The position numbers and the translations under genes are program-made. A DNA stretch of 32,000 nucleotides. Source: Psychrobacter sp. DM4 (GTDB taxonomy: Bacteria > Pseudomonadota > Gammaproteobacteria > Pseudomonadales > Moraxellaceae). The DNA is taken from contig NZ_CP195536.1 of assembly GCF_051307035.1 (NCBI RefSeq), positions 1,590,001-1,622,000 on the forward strand. Direction: 5' to 3'. Shown here piece after piece: positions 1-8,370 of the stretch. Every line of letters begins with the position of its first letter. The first letter of the stretch is position 1. A model generated the notes under the pieces. That model was not told the DNA's origin. It worked only from the letters and a program-made list of their open reading frames with translations, and did not search any database.

Positions 1-890
1 AAATCTATACTGAACAAAAGTAGGCCGAACCAGATCAAACCAAATACTACCAGACGATTAGAATCAAAAGGCTCGTTGTAATAAAATACTGCCAATAAGA
101 AAATGAAAGTCGGTGTTAGATAATTCATAAAGCTCAAAATACTATATGCGACCAGTTTAGTCGACCTATTAAATAGTAATAGCGGTATCAAAGTCACTGG
201 ACCTGCCAGCATGAGCAGCCAAATATTGGGCGTCAACCAAAAACTTATTTGACTGCTGACCACATCAGCCTGCCAAAACCACCATAGACAAATCGGTACC
301 AACATAGCGGTTTCGATAAACATAGCATCAACCGCTGTAAAAGGCGTCTGGCGCTGAATAGTACCGTAAGTACTAAAACTAAATGCCAAAATCAATGACA
401 ACCAAGGCAAGCTGCCAAGCATAATAACTTGAATGAGCACGGATAATAAAGCAAAGCCGATGGCTACCCATTGCAATGCTCGTAGCCGCTCTTTAAACAA
501 AATCATCGATAGAGCTACGCCGACTAGCGGTCCAATGAAATACCCCAAACTGGCCTCAAGAATGCGATCATTATTGACGGCCCACACATAGGTTAGCCAG
601 TTGGTCGCGATGATTAGACCAGATAAAAAAGTATAGACTATCCATTTTGGGTTTTTCTTGAGGGTATCGATCCACTGCCAGCGTTTGGTGACAACGAGCA
701 AAACAAGCAAACACAGGAAAGTCCAGATAATGCGATGACCTATAATTTCGGTCGCGTTGTAAGCGGCGAGTTGCTTAAAATATAACGGAAACGCGCCCCA
801 AATACAGAATGCAATTAGAGCAGTGATGATACCGCGTCTAGTCGTTGGAATAGGGGCAACTGGTTTTTTGAGAACATTTTGAGTAGTCAT
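1..890 (-). CDS. rarD: RarD-type EamA/DMT-superfamily transporter (N-terminal ~296 aa; 3' end runs off the left window edge)
   Basis: Absent from the supplied track because it is open at the window edge. Hand translation of the minus strand from the ATG at 888-890 gives MTTQNVLKKPVAPIPTTRRGIITALIAFCIWGAFPLYFKQL...VNNDRILEASLGYFIGPLV...FSTYGTIQRQ... with no stop down to position 1. It is multi-TM and colinear with remembered E. coli RarD, including the LEASLGYFI-P motif. Confidence 0.8.
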   Translation of the reverse strand, partial: MTTQNVLKKPVAPIPTTRRGIITALIAFCIWGAFPLYFKQLAAYNATEIIGHRIIWTFLCLLVLLVVTKRWQWIDTLKKNPKWIVYTFLSGLIIATNWLTYVWAVNNDRILEASLGYFIGPLVGVALSMILFKERLRALQWVAIGFALLSVLIQVIMLGSLPWLSLILAFSFSTYGTIQRQTPFTAVDAMFIETAMLVPICLWWFWQADVVSSQISFWLTPNIWLLMLAGPVTLIPLLLFNRSTKLVAYSILSFMNYLTPTFIFLLAVFYYNEPFDSNRLVVFGLIWFGLLLFSID

Positions 891-980
891 AGTACAGTAC
901 AACTTATTTTTGCTAAAAACGCATCTATGCTGTTATTGTTTTTGGAGTATTAGAGCGTCATGTTTGAGAAGCGTGAGAGA

Positions 981-1030
981 TAACAAGAAAAGCAATGGGT
1001 TGACGTCATGTTGACATCAACCCATTGCTT
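981..1030 (-). terminator. Rho-independent terminator of the pheA-hisC-tyrA/aroA transcription unit
   Basis: Perfect 14-bp stem (990-1003 AAGCAATGGGTTGA / 1017-1030 TCAACCCATTGCTT) with a 13-nt loop. On the minus strand it is followed by TTTTCTTGTT. It lies about 80 nt downstream of the stop at 1111. Confidence 0.8.
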
Positions 1031-1110
1031 AAGAACATAGCTAAAATCTATAATTTAAAATCTGTGTAGCTGTCTGTAGTTTCAATATTTCGTATCATTA
1101 AACTGACATT

Positions 1111-3462
1111 TTAGGCGCTATCAGCACCGCTTTGAACCTTGATAGCCATACCAATTTGGGTCGCAAGCTCAGCGAATCCTGGAAAACTGGTATTGACTGT
1201 TTCAACGCCTTCTATCGTAATCTGCTCTGAGGCGCGCAAACTGGCGACCGCAAAGCTCATGGCGATACGGTGATCATGATGAGAGACGATATGCCCGCCG
1301 CCAAAGACGGTATGAGCGTTATCACGATCATTAGTGCTTTGCCCTTCGATAATCATACCATCGTCTGTCACTGTACACTTAACGCCTAGAGTTTGTAATC
1401 CCTCAGCCATGACCGCAATACGATCAGACTCTTTGACCCGTAGCTCTTTTGCGCCGGTCAGTACCGTGCGACCGCGCGCGCAGCTCGCTGCCACAAATAG
1501 TACAGGGAACTCATCAATAGCAAGCGGCACCAAATGCTCAGGGATATTAATACCAATCAGGTTTGAGCTACGAATGGTAATATCAGCGACGGGCTCACCG
1601 CCGACATGAGTCTCATTACTTAGGGTAATATCCGCTTGCATGAGCTTTAGGATGTCTATGATACCTGTACGCGTCGGATTGATACCCACTTGCGTTAGGG
1701 TAAGCTCGCTGTTCTTGCTGATAGCTGCCGCTACCATAAAAAACGCCGCTGAGGAGATGTCAGCAGGTACAGCGATATTACCGCCTGTTAGCTGTCCACC
1801 CCCCTTAACGCTGATACAGTTGCCATCGACATCAACAGGATAACCGAAGGCTGAGAGCATACGCTCGGTATGGTCACGGCTAATCTCGGGCTGGGTCACC
1901 GTCGTCGTTCCCTGTGCCCATAGCCCTGCCAATAACAAGCAAGATTTGACTTGTGCTGAGGCCACTGGCATATCGTAGTGAATACCTTGTAATGGGGTAC
2001 CAACGTTATCGCGACCAGTAATACTAAGCGGCGCGGTACCACTAGTACCCGTACTGCGGATAACAGCGCCCATTTCTCGCAGTGGCGCGGCGATACGCTC
2101 CATGGGACGCTTGTTCAAACTGGTATCCCCAATCAACACACTATCGAAGCGTTGCGCGGCCAAAATACCAGAAAGCAGGCGCATACTAGTACCAGAATTG
2201 CCCATATAAAGGGGCGTTTTGCTAGGTTTTAGGCCATACATACCAACGCCGTGAATCGTCAACTCACCTTTATCAGGACCTTCGATAGTTACGCCCATGT
2301 CACGAAACGCTTGCAAAGTTGCCAGCGCATCCTCCCCTTCCAAAAACCCCGTGACATGAGTCACGCCAGTGGCAAGGCTACCGAGCATGATGCTGCGATG
2401 AGAGATAGATTTGTCACCTGGAATGGCAATAGTGCCGGTAACCGTTTGACTTGGTGAGATAATATAAGAAGCTGACATAGCAGAGGTGTCCGTGTAAGGG
2501 GTAGAAGCTAGCATGTGATCAAAGTGTCGGCGTGCGGCTTGCGCGCGGCCTAATAGTCCCATCAGAGCGGTTGAATCATTATTTATAATAAGCGTACGCA
2601 CTTGTTGTAAATAGTCGCTGTACTCATCGAGCGCACCAACGACAGCGCTTTTATTGGCAACGAATATATCATGCCACATTTTAGGATCACTAGCGGCGAT
2701 GCGAGTAAAGTCCCGAAATCCACCTGCTGCATAACGAAACATATCTAAATTGTTATCATGGCTTGCCAGCTGCTCAACGAGGTTGAAGGCCAGTAGATGC
2801 GGCAGATGACTGGTATGAGCCAGAATTTTGTCGTGACGCTCAGCATCCATAGGTATGACCGAAGCGCCTACCGCCTCCCACAGCTGTTTGAGCCTCATAG
2901 TTACTAGGATATCAGTCGTTGGCAGCTCGCAAATAATGACGCTATGGTTGCTGAACAAATCACTACGGCGAGCGTGATACCCTGAATCCTCAGCCCCAGC
3001 AATAGGATGCGCCGGTATAAATCCAATAGGCAAGATTGTAAATACCTCTTTTGCCGCCTGAATGATATTGGCTTTAGTACTACAGACATCAGTAATGATA
3101 CAGTCTATGGCGATTAGGCCGTTGTCCATCGCCGCTTTGATATCTACAAAGACCGTTTGCACAGCTTGCACTGGAACTGCAATCACTATCAGATCGCTGC
3201 CTGTGACCACATCGTTTAGTGTGCCACTACCAGCGTCGAGCAAACCTTGTTCGATACCCTCAACAATGCTGGGTTCGTGCCTATCAACGGCCACAATGCG
3301 AGCGCTTAAACCCTTGTCTTTTATCGCTTGCGCAAGGCTTGCACCAATCAGTCCAAGTCCGATTACGCACACTTGCTTAAATAGAGGCTGAGAACTTGGT
3401 TTTGACGTGTTGAGGTCTAGAATGTTATTGTTTTGAGGACTCACGGTTTTCTCATTTTGCAA
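1111..3462 (-). CDS. aroA: Bifunctional prephenate dehydrogenase / 3-phosphoshikimate 1-carboxyvinyltransferase (TyrA-AroA fusion)
   Basis: 783-aa ORF. The N-terminal third has the Rossmann motif VCVIGLGLIGASLA and prephenate-dehydrogenase-like HPIAG and HLPH segments. The C-terminal ~440 aa is colinear with class II EPSP synthases (PGDKSISHRS, GNSGTSMR, LNKRPM, ASAQVKS, NPTRTG, RVKESDR, DHRIAMSF). The track start at 3460-3462 is TTG, not ATG. A GTG at 3442-3444 is an alternative, so the start is uncertain. Confidence 0.9.
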   Translation of the reverse strand: MQNEKTVSPQNNNILDLNTSKPSSQPLFKQVCVIGLGLIGASLAQAIKDKGLSARIVAVDRHEPSIVEGIEQGLLDAGSGTLNDVVTGSDLIVIAVPVQAVQTVFVDIKAAMDNGLIAIDCIITDVCSTKANIIQAAKEVFTILPIGFIPAHPIAGAEDSGYHARRSDLFSNHSVIICELPTTDILVTMRLKQLWEAVGASVIPMDAERHDKILAHTSHLPHLLAFNLVEQLASHDNNLDMFRYAAGGFRDFTRIAASDPKMWHDIFVANKSAVVGALDEYSDYLQQVRTLIINNDSTALMGLLGRAQAARRHFDHMLASTPYTDTSAMSASYIISPSQTVTGTIAIPGDKSISHRSIMLGSLATGVTHVTGFLEGEDALATLQAFRDMGVTIEGPDKGELTIHGVGMYGLKPSKTPLYMGNSGTSMRLLSGILAAQRFDSVLIGDTSLNKRPMERIAAPLREMGAVIRSTGTSGTAPLSITGRDNVGTPLQGIHYDMPVASAQVKSCLLLAGLWAQGTTTVTQPEISRDHTERMLSAFGYPVDVDGNCISVKGGGQLTGGNIAVPADISSAAFFMVAAAISKNSELTLTQVGINPTRTGIIDILKLMQADITLSNETHVGGEPVADITIRSSNLIGINIPEHLVPLAIDEFPVLFVAASCARGRTVLTGAKELRVKESDRIAVMAEGLQTLGVKCTVTDDGMIIEGQSTNDRDNAHTVFGGGHIVSHHDHRIAMSFAVASLRASEQITIEGVETVNTSFPGFAELATQIGMAIKVQSGADSA

Positions 3463-3486
3463 AGTGGAACATAGCGAACGAGCTAT

Positions 3487-4614
3487 TCAATCATCATTTA
3501 AGATAGAACGCAGGGTATCGATCAGACGTAGATTGTCTTCAGCAGTCCCCACGGTAATACGTAGCCAGTTATCGAGTCCATATCCTGCTAATGGACGCAC
3601 GATGACGCCTTGCTCTAACAACGCTTGATTAATAACCGCTGCATTTTCCATCTCAACTTCCATTTTTACCATAATGAAGTTGGCATAAGAGCGGATAAAA
3701 CCTAATCCCAAAGCATCAAACTGCTTCTCAAGCCAGCACATTTGCTCTTGGTTAGTTTGTCGTACGGTTTCGATGAACTGCTGATCTTCAAGTGCGGCAG
3801 CAGCAGCAGCCAGCCCAATACGACTGACATTAAAGGGCTGACGAATACGGTTGAGCAAATCTGCGACTGGCGCTGAGCTCAGTGCATAACCTACGCGAAG
3901 TCCTGCTAAGCCATAGGCCTTAGAAAAAGTGCGTACAATAACAAGGTTGTCAAACGCATCTAACAGCGCTCTATTGTTACTTTCAGGACTGTATTCGATG
4001 TAGGCTTCGTCCAATACTATCAACACTGATGACGGCATACTTGCAATAAATTTATATAACTCGTCTCGGTCAAGCTGCGTACCTGTCGGATTGTTAGGAT
4101 TGGCGATAAATACAATCTTGGTATTAGCGTTGTCATCAACTGCCTGACGCATAGCACTAAGATTATGACCAAAACGCTGGGCGGGTACCTCGATACCCGT
4201 TGCGCCTTGCATCTTGGCCAGCATAGAATAAATTACAAAACCATATTGGCTATAGACAATAGCATCGTCGCGGCTAACAAAACTACGGGCTAATATATCG
4301 AGTAAGTCGTTGGAGCCGTTACCCAACGTAATACAATCCATGCCAATGTCATTAAAATCAGATAACGCTTGCTTAAGATAATAGCCATTGCCATCAGGAT
4401 AACGGGCCAGTTGCCCCAACTGTTCAGTAATCGCCAAAGTCACTTGCGGCGAGCAGCCGAGCGGATTTTCATTACTCGCAAGCTTAACGACATCAGAGAC
4501 GCCGTATTCGCGCGTCAGCTCCTCTACAGGCTTACCTGTTTGATAAGGCGCTAGCGTGAGGATACTATCATAAGCAGGACGCAAAACGGACTGATCATTA
4601 CTGGTAACTGACAT
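3487..4614 (-). CDS. hisC: Histidinol-phosphate / aromatic aminotransferase (class II PLP aminotransferase, HisC family)
   Basis: 375 aa. Contains SNENPLG near the N-terminus, the PLP-lysine segment RTFSKAYGLAGLRVGY and NPNNPTG. An AGGAG Shine-Dalgarno precedes the ATG at 4612-4614. It is separated by 21 nt from pheA and 24 nt from tyrA-aroA on the same strand. Confidence 0.88.
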   Translation of the reverse strand: MSVTSNDQSVLRPAYDSILTLAPYQTGKPVEELTREYGVSDVVKLASNENPLGCSPQVTLAITEQLGQLARYPDGNGYYLKQALSDFNDIGMDCITLGNGSNDLLDILARSFVSRDDAIVYSQYGFVIYSMLAKMQGATGIEVPAQRFGHNLSAMRQAVDDNANTKIVFIANPNNPTGTQLDRDELYKFIASMPSSVLIVLDEAYIEYSPESNNRALLDAFDNLVIVRTFSKAYGLAGLRVGYALSSAPVADLLNRIRQPFNVSRIGLAAAAAALEDQQFIETVRQTNQEQMCWLEKQFDALGLGFIRSYANFIMVKMEVEMENAAVINQALLEQGVIVRPLAGYGLDNWLRITVGTAEDNLRLIDTLRSILNDD

Positions 4615-4635
4615 GATATCTCCTAAATAAATGGA

Positions 4636-5823
4636 CTAGAGTACCGCTTTTGGGTACGAGCCTAGTACGCGTAAATCTTTTACCAAAGGCTTGATGTCGG
4701 CAATGGCGGCGCTGACGTTGGGGTCTTGGATGTGACCATCCATATCAATAAAGAACACATAGGCCCACTTATTAGGACGTTCAGGACGGGTCTCGATACT
4801 GGTCATCGAGACGCCGTGATACGATAACGGCTTGAGTATTTCAATCAGCGCGCCCGCTTTGTCGTGAGCTGAGACGACAATAGAGGTCTTGTCTTGACCT
4901 GAGGGCGCAATCGATTCGTGACCGATAATCAAAAAACGCGTGGTATTACTTGGATTGTCTTCGATATTCGAGTATAGCTTGTGCAAATCATACTCTGCGG
5001 CAGCCACATCTCCTGCGATAGCCGCTGAATGCCATTCGTTCTTGAGACGGCGCGCCGCCTCACCATTACTTGAGACCGCTACGCGCTCAATATTTGGAAA
5101 GTTGACATCGAGCCAATGACGGCACTGTGCGAGTGACTGCTGATGGGAGTAGATACGGCTTAAACTATCGACTTTGGTGTGTTCAGCCACCAAGAAGTTT
5201 TGGTGAATCGGCAACTCGACTTCGCCGATGATTTTGAGCGATGACGATAAAAAGCCGTCAAGCGTATGATTGACCACACCTTCTGATGAGTTCTCAACGG
5301 GTACTACACCATACATTGCTGTACCTGCCTCCACTTCACGAAATACATCAGTAATCGTAGTCATCGGCACGGTATCAGCCGCCTTGCCAAAATGTTTAAG
5401 AGCAGCTGCATGGGTAAAAGTACCTACAGGACCCAAGAATGCAATACGCTGCGGCGCTTCTAAATCCAGACAGACAGACATAATTTCACGAAACAAGCGC
5501 GCCATCTTCTCATCAGAGATAGGACCTTCATTGCGCGCCATGACCGCTTTTAGGACTTGTGCTTCACGCTCAGGACGATAGAAGATAGGGTTGCGCACCG
5601 AGACATCTTTACTGTTGGCCACATGCTCTTTTTTGACCGTGGCCACTTGCTGGGCTAATTTGGCACGGTTATTGATCAGCGTATGAATCCGGGAGTCTAC
5701 TGTATCAATACTTTGACGCAGCTGATTCAAAAACGCTTGATCAGTTGCTGGGGTATCGATGGCTGTTGCGCTGTCATTTTGATCTAAGTTATCTGACTTT
5801 TGCTTGGGTGACTGCTCACTCAT
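4636..5823 (-). CDS. pheA: Bifunctional chorismate mutase / prephenate dehydratase (P-protein)
   Basis: 395 aa. It has an N-terminal AroQ-type helical chorismate mutase region (LRQSIDTVDSRIHTLINNRAKLAQQV). The prephenate dehydratase core includes RIAFLGPVGTFTHAAA and NTTRFLIIG. The C-terminal ACT-like region is VSMTSIETRPERPNKWAYVFFIDMDGH. Confidence 0.9.
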   Translation of the reverse strand: MSEQSPKQKSDNLDQNDSATAIDTPATDQAFLNQLRQSIDTVDSRIHTLINNRAKLAQQVATVKKEHVANSKDVSVRNPIFYRPEREAQVLKAVMARNEGPISDEKMARLFREIMSVCLDLEAPQRIAFLGPVGTFTHAAALKHFGKAADTVPMTTITDVFREVEAGTAMYGVVPVENSSEGVVNHTLDGFLSSSLKIIGEVELPIHQNFLVAEHTKVDSLSRIYSHQQSLAQCRHWLDVNFPNIERVAVSSNGEAARRLKNEWHSAAIAGDVAAAEYDLHKLYSNIEDNPSNTTRFLIIGHESIAPSGQDKTSIVVSAHDKAGALIEILKPLSYHGVSMTSIETRPERPNKWAYVFFIDMDGHIQDPNVSAAIADIKPLVKDLRVLGSYPKAVL

Positions 5824-6288
5824 ACCGCCTATCCTTTTTTACTGTTATTTAAACTGCTCGTTACTGGTTCTATTAATGGCTTAAGCTATTAATAGCGTGA
5901 ATCTTTGATAACCATCAATGCATAGCGACTATAATGTAGCACATCATTCTGTGTTACTGTCATCTCGTCGATTAATTCTGTTGATCAAGCAAAAAATGAG
6001 CCGTTTATTGATTATACCAAGCACACTATCAAATCACTGATCTCACTATAACAAAAACAACATAAAACGCCTATCCGTAAATGATTATGCATATACTTAT
6101 ACGGCTTTATATTTACTAAATTGGTAGTACCATTTAGGATAACTATCTGCGTTCAGCCCTGATATCATTCTTCTTGATAATCCACAATCGCTTGATAGCC
6201 TACAATCGACAAACCCACATTGAAAACTATGTTAAAGTTCAGGTTTGTCACCCCGCTTTACTTTTAACTGAACCCTCAAGGATACCTG

Positions 6289-7227
6289 ATGAGCGCATTA
6301 CAACAGCTTCGCACTATGACCACCATCGTCGCTGATACAGGAGATCTTAGTGCCATTGCACGCCTGCGACCTAGGGATGCGACCACTAATCCAAGCCTTA
6401 TTACCAAAGCCCTCATTCATCCTGATAATCAGTCTATGCTAACTGAGACCATGAGCCGCTACCAAGGCGACATAGACGCGGTCATTGACGCCCTCACTAT
6501 CAAGATTGGTTGCAATATTTTGGAGCTGATCGAAGGCCGTGTATCAACCGAGGTAGATGCGCGTTTGTCTTACGACACTCAGGCGACTATCGACAAAGCG
6601 CTTGCCTTTATGGACGCCTACCAAAATGCTGGAGTCGACTCAGAACGCGTGCTCATCAAAATGGCAGCAACGTGGCAAGGAATAGAAGCGGCGCGCTATC
6701 TTGAAACTCAAAACATTCACTGTAACCTAACCTTGCTCTTTGGTCAGCATCAAGCGGTCGCTTGCGCTGATGCTGGGGTAACGCTCATCTCACCGTTTGT
6801 CGGTCGTATCTTGGACTGGCAAAAGCGCCAGCAAAGTCGTCAAAACATTCCACCCATCGATGATATGGGCGTACAATCCGTCAAACTTATTTATCAGTAT
6901 TACAAGCAGCACGGCTACGATACACAGGTGATGGGCGCAAGCTTTCGCTCAGCTGAACAGATACTAGCGCTGGCAGGTTGTGATCTGTTGACCATCGCAC
7001 CTGATCTCATCGATGAGCTTGCGGCTATAGACGTCGAAGTCACGCGTCAACTTTCGCCTTCGATGTCTACCGATTTAGCTGATATGAAAAAGGTCAGTTT
7101 AACCCACGACGCATTCAGTCGTGAATATCAGCAAGATAAGATTACCCAAGACTTATTGCCAAAAGGCATAGATGGCTTTATCAGTGCTCGTGACGAATTG
7201 GCAAAGGCTTTGGCAGGAATGCGCTAA
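6289..7227 (+). CDS. tal: Transaldolase (TalB-type)
   Basis: 312 aa. The N-terminus TTIVADTGDLSAIARLRPRDATTNPSLI is colinear with E. coli TalB. The Schiff-base lysine context is RVLIKMAATWQG. An AAGGA Shine-Dalgarno lies upstream of the ATG. Confidence 0.92.
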   Translation: MSALQQLRTMTTIVADTGDLSAIARLRPRDATTNPSLITKALIHPDNQSMLTETMSRYQGDIDAVIDALTIKIGCNILELIEGRVSTEVDARLSYDTQATIDKALAFMDAYQNAGVDSERVLIKMAATWQGIEAARYLETQNIHCNLTLLFGQHQAVACADAGVTLISPFVGRILDWQKRQQSRQNIPPIDDMGVQSVKLIYQYYKQHGYDTQVMGASFRSAEQILALAGCDLLTIAPDLIDELAAIDVEVTRQLSPSMSTDLADMKKVSLTHDAFSREYQQDKITQDLLPKGIDGFISARDELAKALAGMR

Positions 7228-7269
7228 GTGCTGTCAATTTAATCAATCAACTATATGCCGCACAAGATG

Positions 7270-7308
7270 AAAGCAGTACTCCAAATGTTTAGGATACTGC
7301 TTTTTTTG
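7270..7308 (+). terminator. Rho-independent terminator after tal
   Basis: Stem AAGCAGTA (7271-7278) / TACTGCTT (7295-7302) with a 16-nt loop, followed by a T7 run (7301-7307). It starts 43 nt after the tal stop. Confidence 0.65.
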
Positions 7309-7341
7309 TGCCGAATACTATTGAGCCATGTTACGGAATCC

Positions 7342-7881
7342 TTATGCCCTCAAAACCGTATAAACTGGCACTGGAAATTCACCGTGCAAATCAACCAAAT
7401 CAAGAAGCACTAATGCCCCGACAACGGTATGTTCAGCAGAGCGGCACAGCTCATAAGCGGTCGTCAAGGTACCACCCGTTGCCAAGATATCATCGACCAG
7501 TAATACGCGTTCAGGCGGCAAGTTGTTTTGCATCTCAAGCGTGTCTTTACCATATTCTAACGCATAAGCTTTGTTAGCGACGGGTGGTGGCAGTTTACCG
7601 GGTTTACGTAGTAGTATCATGCCTTTGCCAAGTCTACCTGCCAGCAAACTTGCAAATACAAAACCGCGCGCTTCAACCGCACCTAAGCAGTCCACTTCAT
7701 CCATAAGACCTTCAGGTAGTGCTGCGAGCAGCGCATCAATGACATCGTTAATGTGACTGCGCAGTAACGGTGTAATATCATAAAAATCGATGCCTGCTAT
7801 GGGAAAATTAGATACAGTGCGAATCACTTGCCAAAAAGGATGATCGGTGTTTTTAGTATGGGATAATTCGTTGATAGTCAT
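7342..7881 (-). CDS. apt: Adenine phosphoribosyltransferase
   Basis: The track ORF is 203 aa, but homology begins at the internal Met (MTINEL...NFPIAGIDFYDITPLL), whose ATG is at 7879-7881, giving 180 aa. The PRPP-binding loop is VLLVDDILATGGTL. The upstream 24 codons of the track ORF look like a non-coding extension. Confidence 0.88.
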   Translation of the reverse strand: MTINELSHTKNTDHPFWQVIRTVSNFPIAGIDFYDITPLLRSHINDVIDALLAALPEGLMDEVDCLGAVEARGFVFASLLAGRLGKGMILLRKPGKLPPPVANKAYALEYGKDTLEMQNNLPPERVLLVDDILATGGTLTTAYELCRSAEHTVVGALVLLDLVDLHGEFPVPVYTVLRA

Positions 7882-8181
7882 AATGACCCTTAGCGTGAAT
7901 GACTGATAAATAAAGGATGCGCTGAGCTTTATCACAAAAAACAGTGCTGGCAATCATACCACAATCAGTAAAATTTTGAGTCCTACTATTAGGGGAACGA
8001 TGTCTGTATAAATAAGTGATCCTCCGTTTTGACTGGATAAACACTAGGTTCATCTCAACATACAAGTGTAAACTTAAACGTGCAAAGTCTAGTTATATGC
8101 TACACTACGGACGTTTTTATCACATGCAAGCCTAGTCTAAAAAGTGTTTTGAAATATAAGTAATAGTCGATAGGATAAAGT

Positions 8182-8346
8182 ATGAAACGTTATGAATGTA
8201 TAGTTTGTGGCTGGATATATGACGAGGAGCTTGGTTGTCCTGAAGAAGGAATCGCGCCTGGCACCAAATGGGAAGATATTCCGGAGGATTGGATATGTCC
8301 TGAGTGCGGCGTTGGCAAGCTTGACTTTGAGATGGCAGAATTTTAA
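8182..8346 (+). CDS. rubA: Rubredoxin (54 aa; below the track's size cutoff)
   Basis: Hand translation gives [54 protein letters not shown]. It contains both canonical Cys pairs (CxxCG and CPxCG) and conserved aromatic residues. AGGATAAAG precedes the ATG. The stop lies 24 nt before the next gene. Confidence 0.9.
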   Translation: MKRYECIVCGWIYDEELGCPEEGIAPGTKWEDIPEDWICPECGVGKLDFEMAEF

Positions 8347-8370
8347 TTCCCTTGCCGAATAGGAACCCTT

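Noticed and set aside
1334-3391. Track ORFs of 61-109 aa inside or antisense to tyrA-aroA (1334-1609, 1640-1843, 2251-2457, 2904-3089, 3062-3391). The same applies to similar short ORFs nested in hisC, pheA, tal, the NCS2 permease gene, sdaA, argJ, xthA, fadD, the kinase, the ACAD, sohB, aspS, the lpxL-family gene and the GT-like gene.
   Set aside because: All lie wholly within long, motif-supported CDSs, mostly antisense and in a few cases same-strand in another frame. They have Ser/Arg/Pro/Ala-rich shadow-frame compositions, no recognisable motifs and no Shine-Dalgarno sequences. They are typical shadow ORFs.
6248-6257. The identical 10-mer TCACCCCGCT, followed by a T-rich TTTTAA, occurs 30-45 nt upstream of both the tal start (6248-6257) and the sdaA start (13515-13524). 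Considered as a shared cis-element.
   Set aside because: In a 32-kb window several hundred identical 10-mer pairs are expected by chance (about N^2/2 x 4^-10). Two occurrences cannot establish a motif, and the two genes have no obvious regulatory link.
7853-8065. 70-aa minus-strand ORF, the 24-codon 5' extension of the apt ORF (7882-7953), and the 89-aa plus-strand ORF at 7308-7577.
   Set aside because: Apt homology starts at the internal Met at 7881, which has an upstream AAGGG. The extension and the overlapping ORFs have odd compositions and no motifs, and 7308-7577 is antisense to apt.
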